Shown here one piece after another: positions 53,735 to 62,473 of a DNA stretch of 64,000 nucleotides. Numbering within the stretch: position 1 is the first letter of the stretch; every line of letters starts with the position of its first letter. The translations under genes and the position numbers were made by a program. The notes beneath the pieces are model-generated. The model did not search any database, had not been told where the DNA came from, and worked only from the letters and a program-made list of their open reading frames with translations. The stretch comes from Nanobdellota archaeon. Lineage in GTDB: Archaea; Nanobdellota; Nanobdellia; Pacearchaeales; GW2011-AR1. The DNA is taken from contig JADFRY010000004.1 of assembly GCA_022561055.1 (NCBI GenBank), forward strand, positions 35,243 through 99,242, given 5' to 3'.

Positions 53735-55741
53735 ATGGAATTATTATTAAAGAAATATTTTGGCTATGATGAATTTAGACCAATGCAGCTAGATATTATT
53801 AAAAATGTTCTTCAAAAAAAGGACTCCCTAGTTCTAATGCCAACAGGAGGAGGAAAGTCACTTTGTTATCAAATTCCTGCTATTCAACTTGAAGGACTCA
53901 CAATTGTAATTTCTCCCCTTATTTCTTTAATGAAGGATCAGGTTGACAATTTAAAGGCAAATGGAATTAGTGCAGAATATATTAACTCCACTCTTTCATT
54001 TAGTGAGATTGAAAATATTAAGAAAAAAATTCGGGAAAAAGAAGTTAAAATTGTCTATATTGCTCCAGAAAGATTGGCACTGGAAGATTTTAAAATATTT
54101 TTAACAACGCTTCAAATAAGCTTAATTGCAATTGATGAAGCACATTGTATTTCTGAATGGGGACATGATTTTCGTAAAGATTATCGAAATTTGAAATTCC
54201 TAAAAACGTTTTTTCCGAATGTTCCCATAATTGCTTTAACTGCAACCGCCACATTAAAAGTAAGAAAGGATATTTTAAAACAATTATCTTTAATAAATCC
54301 ACAAATTTTTATTTCAAGTTTTAATAGAGAAAATCTTAATCTAATTATTATGCAAAAAAAGAATACATTCAATAAAATTTTAAGTTTAATTAAAAAACAT
54401 AAAAATGAATCTGTCATTATTTATTGTTTTTCCCGCAAAGATACAGAAAAAATTGCTCAAAGGTTAAAAGAAAATGGGTTTGAAGCTCTCCCATATCATG
54501 CGGGGCTTTCTAATCAAGTAAGAAAACAAAATCAAGAATTATTTATTAAAGATAAAGTTAACATTATAGTAGCTACGATTGCTTTTGGTATGGGAATAGA
54601 TAAACCAGATGTTAGACTAGTTATCCATCATACATTTCCAAAATCAATTGAAGGATATTATCAAGAAATAGGGCGGGCAGGACGTGATGGGCTTTCGAGT
54701 GATTGTGTTTTGTTCTATTCAAAAGGAGACAAAAGAAAACATGAATTTTTTCTTGACCAAATTCAAGAGGATATGATTCGAAGTAGTGCACTAGATAAGC
54801 TAAATAAAATGATGATATACTGCGAAAATACATCATGTAGAAGAAGAGATATACTAGGATATTTTGGAGAATCATTTTTAGAACTCAATTGTAATGGATG
54901 TGACATTTGTTTAAAACTTCCAGAAATAAAAGGAGCTATTACAGACAAAAGCTTAATTTTTGAAGAAGTAAAAGGAGGTATTGATTATGATCAAGTTTTA
55001 TTCGAAAAACTGAGGGTTCTAAGAAAACAAATTGCCGATGACAGAAATTTCCCCCCGTTTATTATATTTGGAGATGTTTCTCTGAGAGAAATGTCTTTCT
55101 ACTTTCCAAAAGATGACAAGGAGTTTTTGAGGATTAATGGGGTTGGACAACAAAAGTTAAATGATTTTGGGGAATCATTTTTGAAAGTAATAAATGACTA
55201 TACAAGGGAAAATAGCATTGTTCCTGAAAAAAATCTCAGGATGAATCATAAAAGAAGAATACGACATTTATCAAGAAATTATCAAAAAACAAAAGAGATG
55301 ATTTTAAAGAGAATTTCAATAGAAAAAATAGCCAAAGTGCAAGAGTTAAAAGAAAGAACAATAATTAATCATTTTGAGAAAATTATAGATATTGGAGAAA
55401 AAATAGATATTAATTATCTTATTCCCTCAAAAGAAAAGTTTGAGATTATAAAATCTGCTTTTGAAAAAATTGGCATTGAACGACTTGCACCAATTTATAA
55501 TTATCTTGGTGAAGAATATTCTTATGAAGAGATTAGATTAGTAAGGATGATTATAAAGTCAGAAAAAGATGTTATTGGAAATAATATGAAAACAAATTAT
55601 CATAAAAGATTGGAACGAATTAAAGAAAAATTTCCAAATGCTTATGAACCTTGGAAAGAAGAAGAGGACAATAAATTAAAAAATCTATATATTGGAAATA
55701 CTTCTATTGATGATAGAGCTAAATTAAAGGATTCGGACTAA
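53735..55741 (+). CDS. recQ: ATP-dependent DNA helicase RecQ
   Basis: FGYDEFRPMQ, MPTGGGKSLCYQ, DEAHCISEWGHDFR, YYQEIGRAGRDG, Zn-binding CENTSCRR...CNGCDIC, HRDC-like region, extra C-terminal HTH-like domain. Confidence 0.9.
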   Translation: MELLLKKYFGYDEFRPMQLDIIKNVLQKKDSLVLMPTGGGKSLCYQIPAIQLEGLTIVISPLISLMKDQVDNLKANGISAEYINSTLSFSEIENIKKKIREKEVKIVYIAPERLALEDFKIFLTTLQISLIAIDEAHCISEWGHDFRKDYRNLKFLKTFFPNVPIIALTATATLKVRKDILKQLSLINPQIFISSFNRENLNLIIMQKKNTFNKILSLIKKHKNESVIIYCFSRKDTEKIAQRLKENGFEALPYHAGLSNQVRKQNQELFIKDKVNIIVATIAFGMGIDKPDVRLVIHHTFPKSIEGYYQEIGRAGRDGLSSDCVLFYSKGDKRKHEFFLDQIQEDMIRSSALDKLNKMMIYCENTSCRRRDILGYFGESFLELNCNGCDICLKLPEIKGAITDKSLIFEEVKGGIDYDQVLFEKLRVLRKQIADDRNFPPFIIFGDVSLREMSFYFPKDDKEFLRINGVGQQKLNDFGESFLKVINDYTRENSIVPEKNLRMNHKRRIRHLSRNYQKTKEMILKRISIEKIAKVQELKERTIINHFEKIIDIGEKIDINYLIPSKEKFEIIKSAFEKIGIERLAPIYNYLGEEYSYEEIRLVRMIIKSEKDVIGNNMKTNYHKRLERIKEKFPNAYEPWKEEEDNKLKNLYIGNTSIDDRAKLKDSD

Positions 55742-55759
55742 AAATTAGAAACTAAAGAT

Positions 55760-56278
55760 TTATTCTCTTGGCACGTATAATTGTGCTGTTGGATGAAGAA
55801 CAAACTCTAATGGTCCTTTTGGTTTATCTTTTGGTTTATCAGTTATACTCTCTAAAGAATATTCACTCTTAAATGTTTTCTGTTGCCATAATTTATCTAT
55901 TTCGGTAAAGTCCCAAGTTCTATCTTTATCTGTTTGGATAACGCTTACTGCAAAATATGGAACGCCTTCTCTTTTTGCGGCTTCTTCTGCAAGACCTATT
56001 ATTCCAGAAGCTATTCCATGACTATCTTGTCTCATTCTTTGAGACTCGCCTATACTTAAAGAACGTCCTAACCGCTCTTCGATGATATTTATTGGTCCAA
56101 GATAAATAGAACTTACTAAATTTAATGATTTTGGAGAGATTTCTTGTTCTCCCAATTCTATATTTCTTTCTAAATCATAGCCTAAACTATGTTCAGGCAT
56201 TTTCAATTCAGCAGGTCTGAAAACTTCTGCTTCTCTTACCCAAAAGATAAATTGAGGTTGTGTTTGTTCTTTTGCCAT
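55760..56278 (-). CDS. hypothetical protein (compositionally atypical orphan)
   Basis: 172-aa ORF, no recognised domain. Confidence 0.5.
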   Translation of the reverse strand: MAKEQTQPQFIFWVREAEVFRPAELKMPEHSLGYDLERNIELGEQEISPKSLNLVSSIYLGPINIIEERLGRSLSIGESQRMRQDSHGIASGIIGLAEEAAKREGVPYFAVSVIQTDKDRTWDFTEIDKLWQQKTFKSEYSLESITDKPKDKPKGPLEFVLHPTAQLYVPRE

Positions 56279-56495
56279 GTTAACATTATAATAAATAGGT
56301 GCTTTATAAAGCTTTCGCTTTATTTACCACTTTTAAGTTAATAACTTATCTTTGCATTGCTATTTTATCCTAAAAACGTCAACCCAATGTTATTAAATCT
56401 AGGCTAAAAAAGCAAGAATCAGATTAAAAAAAGTTCTACCCCCATCTTCTTTTTCTAGAACACAAAACTTATAATCCTTTTTCCCATATATTTTT

Positions 56496-57011
56496 ATGAC
56501 AAAAGAAAGAGTAGCCATTTTTATTGATGGAAGTAATCTTTATCACAATCTGAAAAGATTCAATATAAAAACTACTTTTGAAGAAATAATAAAGAGAGTA
56601 GAAACTCAGAGACAAGTTGTCGATATTTTTTATTATACTGCTTTATTGGATAAATCAATAAATGAAGAAAGATACGAAGAACATAGAAGATTTTTAGAGA
56701 AAATAAAGAAGATTTCAAATTTTCATGTTGTTCTTTGCAATTTAAGAAAAGTGATTTTAGAAGACGGCTCTGTTGATTTTACAATAAAAGGCGATGATGT
56801 TTATTTAGCCGTTGATTTGGTTTCAGGTGCTTACGAAGATTTATATGATGTCGCCATAATTGTTTCTGGAGATGCAGATTTTATTCCCGCAATAAAACTT
56901 GTTCAAAAAAATGGTAAAAAGGTCATCAATGCTTTCTTTCCAAAAAGTTCTTCTTATCTCCTTAGAAATTGTTGTGATGGTTCAATAAATTTAAAGAAAG
57001 CTTTATTATAA
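56496..57011 (+). CDS. NYN/LabA-like (PIN-related) domain protein
   Basis: VAIFIDGSNLYH and IIVSGDADFIPAI. Confidence 0.8.
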   Translation: MTKERVAIFIDGSNLYHNLKRFNIKTTFEEIIKRVETQRQVVDIFYYTALLDKSINEERYEEHRRFLEKIKKISNFHVVLCNLRKVILEDGSVDFTIKGDDVYLAVDLVSGAYEDLYDVAIIVSGDADFIPAIKLVQKNGKKVINAFFPKSSSYLLRNCCDGSINLKKALL

Positions 57012-57163
57012 AAAGAAGTCCCAATATGGCGAACCATACGGGACAGTTATTGATTATATTTTATCTCTAAACTTTAAAAAACCTTCGGTTGCCTAGATTT
57101 TGGATAATTTCTTCTTTTAGAAAAAGAAGCAAAATAAGGCTCCTTTACTATTAATCAAAAACA

Positions 57164-57205
57164 CTTAAAACCTCTATTTCTTTGTTGTTTTGATGAGATA
57201 TGAGA
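57164..57205. repeat. decayed copy of the promoter/5' end of the NSUN gene
   Basis: 34 of 42 nt identical to 58112..58153 by hand alignment, including cttaaaacc, atttctttg and atgagata. Confidence 0.65.
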
Positions 57206-58111
57206 GGGGGTCACTTAATGATCTAACAAAAGTGATTCAAACTTTACATTAAATTCCTTTTCTAAGAAAGTTAACGTTTTCTTTTGATTTTGAAGGGATG
57301 CCTTTATCAGTGGTGTTGTGAACATATCTGATTTTTTTGACCATTTTGCATCTTTTTTTTCAACTGATTCTATCCATTCTACTTTCAGAACATATTCTGA
57401 TTTTTCATTATCCGAATTTACAAACATATCTCTACATGTTAATGGAATTTGATGTAACGATTGATTTTTATATCTAAAATTGTTAATACGAATTGCTTTC
57501 TCTACTACTTTACCAATGCCAACATATCCATATTTTTTGAGGTACGCTACAATTACATCTCCTATTTCAAGTGTTTTTAATGGGTCGCTATATTGCTTGC
57601 CTTGTCCAGCGGATAAGAACTCATATTTACGACAATCTTTCCAAGAACGATTTTTCCCTTCTCCTATGTTTACATAGTAAATTCCGTTTTGATAGTCAAA
57701 TCCAAATAGCCTTTGGTGGAACGTGTCGTGTGGTCTGAATTTGTCTGCAAATTTTCCAGATGATATGTTTGTTAGATTCCTCCCCAACTTCCAAATTAAT
57801 GTTTTTTCAACTAAAAACGCCTCTTGTTCGGTTAAATTTTTAGCAATTACTTTTACTATAGGATCTTCTTCAGCTTTTTCTATTGCCTTAATTATTTTGC
57901 CTTTTTCAGTATCACTATCATCTCTTAAATGAGCTTCTTTACGATTTCCTTTCCCTTTCCCATAGTAGAATTCTTCAAAATTTCTAGGGTCAATATAAAC
58001 GTATACATAATATTCATTATCCTTTTTCATAAATGCTTTATTGTTCTCACATTTAAATATTTTTTCTAAGATAATAATAGTAAAATATACTTTACACTAA
58101 ATTCCAATAGT
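57206..58111 (-). mobile_element. free-standing GIY-YIG endonuclease cassette
   Basis: Segment bounded by the 42-nt imperfect direct repeats. It contains only the GIY-YIG ORF. Confidence 0.6.
57215..58030 (-). CDS. GIY-YIG nuclease domain protein with uncharacterised C-terminal domain
   Basis: YYVYVYIDPRNFEEFYYGKGKGNRKEAH (GIY-x10-YIG plus Arg), downstream EQEAFLVEKTLI. C-terminal ~170 aa are unassigned. Confidence 0.75.
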   Translation of the reverse strand: MKKDNEYYVYVYIDPRNFEEFYYGKGKGNRKEAHLRDDSDTEKGKIIKAIEKAEEDPIVKVIAKNLTEQEAFLVEKTLIWKLGRNLTNISSGKFADKFRPHDTFHQRLFGFDYQNGIYYVNIGEGKNRSWKDCRKYEFLSAGQGKQYSDPLKTLEIGDVIVAYLKKYGYVGIGKVVEKAIRINNFRYKNQSLHQIPLTCRDMFVNSDNEKSEYVLKVEWIESVEKKDAKWSKKSDMFTTPLIKASLQNQKKTLTFLEKEFNVKFESLLLDH

Positions 58112-58153
58112 CTTAAAACCCCCATTTCTTTGATACTTTTATGAGATACGAAA
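58112..58153. repeat. functional copy of the duplicated segment (promoter and first codons of the NSUN gene)
   Basis: See 57164..57205. Confidence 0.65.
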
Positions 58154-59112
58154 TGAAACCTCTCTTTGAAGAACGTATGAGAAAGCTATTGCCAGATGAG
58201 AAGGACTTCGAGGAGTTTAATAAAATTGTTCATGAAAGACCCTTGAAATTTATTAGATGTAATACTCTAAAAATGGATTGTGATGAGCTTTTCTCTAGGT
58301 TAAGGAAAAAATGGGATGTGAAACAACCTTTTTCTGAATATCCTGAAATATTACTAATTGAGAGTGAGTTAGAACCTGGCGAATTAGGGAATGCATTAGA
58401 GCATTTGTTAGGATATTATTATGTTCAGGAGATTTCGAGTATGATGCCTATTTTGGCTTTGAGGCCAGAGCGAGGTGATTTTGTTTTGGATTTGACTGCA
58501 TCTCCTGGAAGCAAAACGACACAGATGGCTGCTATGATGAATAATGAGGGAACAATTATTGCAAATGATATTAAACTCGATAGAATAAAAATTTTGGCTG
58601 CGAATTTAGAAAGGTGCGGCGTGATGAATACGATTGCGACGAGGAATGATGGTGTTGGTTTGTGCATTCGTTTAGCGAAGGCTGGTTTTAAGTTTGATAA
58701 AATTTTGTTAGATGCTCCTTGTTCTGGAGAAGGAACTTTAAGGTCGAGTCCTAAAACATTTAAGATGTGGAATATAAAAATGATTAGGAAGTTTTCAGGG
58801 CAGCAGAAAAAATTACTTGCCAATGCTTTGAAGTGTTTGAAAGTTGGTGGTTCGCTTGTATATTCTACATGCACGCATGCTCCTGAAGAGAATGAAGGGG
58901 TTGTTGATTTTGCATTAAAGAATTTTCCAGTCAATGTCGAGAAAATTAAGTTGCCTTTGATTTGTAGAAAAGGTATAATTAGTTGGGAAGGCAAGAGGTA
59001 TGGTAAAGATGTTGAGAGGTCATGCAGGATTTATCCGCATGATAATGATAGCGAAGGTTTTTTTGTTGTGAAGTTTAAGTTGATGGGGGAAATTGAGGAG
59101 GAGGGAAAATGA
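58141..59112 (+). CDS. NOL1/NOP2/Sun-family RNA cytosine-C5 methyltransferase
   Basis: DLTASPGSKTTQ (SAM), DAPCSGEG (motif IV), YSTCTHAPEENE (motif VI). Confidence 0.85.
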   Translation: MRYEMKPLFEERMRKLLPDEKDFEEFNKIVHERPLKFIRCNTLKMDCDELFSRLRKKWDVKQPFSEYPEILLIESELEPGELGNALEHLLGYYYVQEISSMMPILALRPERGDFVLDLTASPGSKTTQMAAMMNNEGTIIANDIKLDRIKILAANLERCGVMNTIATRNDGVGLCIRLAKAGFKFDKILLDAPCSGEGTLRSSPKTFKMWNIKMIRKFSGQQKKLLANALKCLKVGGSLVYSTCTHAPEENEGVVDFALKNFPVNVEKIKLPLICRKGIISWEGKRYGKDVERSCRIYPHDNDSEGFFVVKFKLMGEIEEEGK

Positions 59113-59558
59113 ACATAAAATTTTTAAGAGCAAGCAATAAGAAAAAAATTGTAAGAGAACTGGAAGAACAGTTTGGGGTTACCGAGTTACCCTACATTTT
59201 AATTGAGACAGGGAAGGAAAAAATCAGGGGTTTTTCTGGTAATATGACTAAAGATGAGATTTTAGAGTTAAGCAAGATTGCTAATGTTGAGATTATTGGT
59301 TTGTATTTATTAAAAAAGGAAAGAGATTTGCGATTAAGTTTGGATGCGACGCAAGTTTTGGCGTCACAAATTAGTAAGAATATTATTGAGATTAATAATG
59401 AGCAATTTAATTTTTGGATTAGGGGCAAAAATTTAGATATTAGAACTAAGGAAGGAGTTTATGTTGTGAAATATAAGAGTGATTTTGTTGGATGCGGGGT
59501 TTCAAATGGTAAGAAGATTTTTAATTATGTTCCAAAGGAAAGAAGGATAAGGAATTAG
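59109..59558 (+). CDS. putative PUA-like RNA-binding protein (Nip7-like, tentative)
   Basis: Translationally coupled to the NSUN gene (ATGA overlap). The C-terminal YVVKYKSDFVGCGVSNGKKIFNYVPKERRI resembles PUA-domain ends. Confidence 0.4.
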   Translation: MNIKFLRASNKKKIVRELEEQFGVTELPYILIETGKEKIRGFSGNMTKDEILELSKIANVEIIGLYLLKKERDLRLSLDATQVLASQISKNIIEINNEQFNFWIRGKNLDIRTKEGVYVVKYKSDFVGCGVSNGKKIFNYVPKERRIRN

Positions 59559-59620
59559 AAAGGGTCACAGCCTTTTTCATTTATTAAATATATTAGCGCG
59601 TTGTCGAAGTCCCCCCCTTT

Positions 59621-60025
59621 TTAAGCTGCTTCTCCATAAAATCTTGATATTCTTTTTAATGTTTTTCGTTGGTCGCTTAACATTCTTAATGCTTTTTCTA
59701 TTTGCAGTTTTTCTATTATTAGGCCTGGAAGTGTAGCTTCTTGATCGGCTCTATATCCTTCTGAGAGTTTTCTAGCTAAGGCATTCATTACTCTTGTTTT
59801 ATCTTTATCCTCTGCAGATACTTCTAAGCCAAGTCTTCTTAGTTCTCTAGTATGTTTGTGGAAGTCACTTTCTGATATTTTATTCCCTTCATATGCTAGT
59901 TTTAGAAGTCCATAGGTTTTTTCTAAACTTTCTTCTACACCAATATCACAAGTGGCTATTACTCTCTTATTTTTATCGTGATAGATTATTTCTATTCTTT
60001 GAGTGTCATCATATTCTCTTTCCAT
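59621..60025 (-). CDS. hypothetical protein (compositionally atypical orphan)
   Basis: 134-aa ORF, helical, no recognised domain. Confidence 0.5.
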   Translation of the reverse strand: MEREYDDTQRIEIIYHDKNKRVIATCDIGVEESLEKTYGLLKLAYEGNKISESDFHKHTRELRRLGLEVSAEDKDKTRVMNALARKLSEGYRADQEATLPGLIIEKLQIEKALRMLSDQRKTLKRISRFYGEAA

Positions 60026-60120
60026 ATAATTCTCTTTGTTTTAGGGTTTTTAAAGCTTTCTGTTGTATTTACTAAATAGGAGTGAAATTTCCTGAGAGGG
60101 TTTATAAGTAGCTTTTTGTG

Positions 60121-61431
60121 ATGGTGTTTATGGTAAATCAAAATGGAAAAGTAGTAATTACGGGAATGGGTGCTTTAACTCCTATTGGTAATTATGGAGT
60201 TATGCCAAATGGTGTAGAAGTAGATACGTTTCTTAGTGGATTAAGGGAAGGTAGAAATGGTATTAGTTCTCTTGAGGATAGATTTGGAGAGGATTTTCCT
60301 ATAAAAGTTGCTGGGCAGATTGAAGAATTCAATCCAACTGATTACGGTATTGATGGAACAGAAATTAGAAAGTTAGATAGAACTGCTCTGCTTGGCATTG
60401 CTGCTACGGAGCTTGCGATAGGAGACGCAGGAATTGTTTTTGGTGAAGGGAATGAGAAGGTTTCTCCTGGAAATTTGGGTATTAGTTTGGGTATTGGCGT
60501 TGGTAGTGCTAATACAACCTATGACCAAGCAAAGAGACATTTTAGAGGGAAAAGATTAAAATCTCAAACTGTTCCGCGAATTATGCAAAACTCTGCGGCT
60601 GCTCAAATAAGTATCCATTATGGTTTGAAAGGGGCTGTGGATACGCTTAGTTCTGCATGTGCTTCTGGAGGAAGTGCAATACGTCATGGATGCAATCGTT
60701 TAAAGTTTGAGAATGAGGGAATTATAGTTGTCGGTGGACTTGATTCATGTTTGACACCATTTGCATTCGAAGGGTTTTACATGATGGGAGCTTTGTCCCC
60801 CACTACTGAGCCAATATATCGGGTTTATTGCAAAAAAAAGAGAATTCCAAGAGGCAGGGGTGGGTTTGTGATGGGAGAAGGATCTGGGATCTTAATTCTT
60901 GAGAGTGAGGAACATGCTTTACAACGTAAAGCTAGAATTTATGCAGAAATTGCTGGCTATGCAGAAACTGCCGATGCCATGGATATTGCTCACCCTGATG
61001 AGAAGGGTGGAGGACTTGTTAGAGCTATTCAATCAGCTTTTGAGATGGCGGGCGTTGGCCCCGAAGATATTGATTATGTGAACTCTCATGGTACTGGAAC
61101 TATGAATGATTATATTGAAAATGAAGTAATGCATAAGATTTTCGGAGAGCGGGCAGAAAGTGTGCCTATTAGTTCAACAAAACCGATGATAGGTCATTTG
61201 ATTGGAGGAGGTACTTCTGTTGAGATTATTGCTTCAGTTTTAGGAATGTACAAACATTTCATTCATCCTTTAATTAATCTTAGAAATCCAATTAATGATT
61301 TAAATTATGTTAGAGAAGTCAGAGAGAATGTTGATTTAAAATATATTTTGAAATTTTCTTCAGGTTTTGGTGGTCATAATGTCGCCTTTGTTTTGAAATA
61401 TTATGAGCCTAATATCCATAGGGCAGTTTGA
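60121..61431 (+). CDS. fabF: beta-ketoacyl synthase (FabF/KAS II-like)
   Basis: Active-site Cys LSSACASGG, His motifs NSHGTGT and GHLIGGG, C-terminal SSGFGGHN. ATG at 60121. Confidence 0.9.
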   Translation: MVFMVNQNGKVVITGMGALTPIGNYGVMPNGVEVDTFLSGLREGRNGISSLEDRFGEDFPIKVAGQIEEFNPTDYGIDGTEIRKLDRTALLGIAATELAIGDAGIVFGEGNEKVSPGNLGISLGIGVGSANTTYDQAKRHFRGKRLKSQTVPRIMQNSAAAQISIHYGLKGAVDTLSSACASGGSAIRHGCNRLKFENEGIIVVGGLDSCLTPFAFEGFYMMGALSPTTEPIYRVYCKKKRIPRGRGGFVMGEGSGILILESEEHALQRKARIYAEIAGYAETADAMDIAHPDEKGGGLVRAIQSAFEMAGVGPEDIDYVNSHGTGTMNDYIENEVMHKIFGERAESVPISSTKPMIGHLIGGGTSVEIIASVLGMYKHFIHPLINLRNPINDLNYVREVRENVDLKYILKFSSGFGGHNVAFVLKYYEPNIHRAV

Positions 61432-61470
61432 AGTAGTTAAAGTTTTAAATGAGCTTTTTTAAGTTATAAC

Positions 61471-62361
61471 ATGAATAGCGAGGAAGTCGAGAAGATAAAA
61501 CAAGCTGGTGAAATTGCGAGGCAGGTTGTAGTTTATGCTAAGGAAGTTGTTAAGTCTGGAATGCTTTTATTGGAGGTAGTTAACAAGATTGAGGATAAGA
61601 TAGTTGAATTAGGAGCTAAGCCGGCTTTTCCTGTGAATTTGTCTGTTAATGAAATAGCTGCGCATTGCACTCCGAGTTTTAATGATTCTGAAGTTGCTTT
61701 TGGATTACTAAAAGTAGATATCGGCGTGCATATTAAAGGTTATGTAGCAGATACTGCCTTCTCTTTAGATTTGGAAGATAGTGATGAAAATAAAAGATTG
61801 ATTGAAGCTGCTGAAGCTGGTTTGAAAGCTGGTTTGGAGAAGATTGGTTATGGCGTTAAGTTAGGTGAGATAGGGAAAAATGTACAGGAAGCTATTTCAT
61901 CTTATGGTTTTTCTCCAATTCAAAACTTGTCAGGGCATGAAATAAAGCAATATGATTTACATGCGGGATTGAATATACCTAATTATGACAATAAAAGTGA
62001 TATTGAATTAGATGAAGGGCTTTATGCTGTTGAGCCCTTTGCTACAAATGGTTCGGGAAAAGTAAGAGATGGTAAGCCTTCTGGGATTTATCATTTAATT
62101 AAAGAAAGCAATGTTAGAGATAATTTTGCTCGTGAAGTTTTGAAATTTATTGTTGAGGAATATGATAGTTTGCCATTTTGTTCAAGATGGATTTATAAAA
62201 AATTTGGTAGTCGAGGTTTATTAGCTTTGAGGCAGATAGAGCAGGCAGGTGTTTTACATCAGTATCCGCAACTCGTTGAAGTTAATAGAGGAAAAGTTGC
62301 ACAGGCAGAGCATAGTGTTTTGATTACAAAAGAAGTGAAAATTGTTACGACGAATGTGTAA
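61471..62361 (+). CDS. map: methionine aminopeptidase, type 2 (archaeal)
   Basis: FPVNLSVNEIAAHCTP, VDIGVHIKGYVADTAF, SGHEI, AQAEHSV. Confidence 0.9.
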   Translation: MNSEEVEKIKQAGEIARQVVVYAKEVVKSGMLLLEVVNKIEDKIVELGAKPAFPVNLSVNEIAAHCTPSFNDSEVAFGLLKVDIGVHIKGYVADTAFSLDLEDSDENKRLIEAAEAGLKAGLEKIGYGVKLGEIGKNVQEAISSYGFSPIQNLSGHEIKQYDLHAGLNIPNYDNKSDIELDEGLYAVEPFATNGSGKVRDGKPSGIYHLIKESNVRDNFAREVLKFIVEEYDSLPFCSRWIYKKFGSRGLLALRQIEQAGVLHQYPQLVEVNRGKVAQAEHSVLITKEVKIVTTNV

Positions 62362-62397
62362 GATAAGTAAAAAAGAAAAAATCTTTCTAGTTAGATT

Positions 62398-62461
62398 GTA
62401 AGATAAGTAAAAGGCAATATTTATAAATTTCTTTTTCTTTATTATTTAGGACTTATCTTAC
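62398..62461 (+). promoter_or_regulatory. 11-bp perfect inverted repeat bracketing a TATA-like box upstream of the large surface-protein gene
   Basis: gtaagataagt (62398-62408) and acttatcttac (62451-62461) flank atatttataaat. A third, direct copy of the arm lies at 62358-62368. Confidence 0.6.
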
Positions 62462-62473
62462 AAAAAAGCGGTG

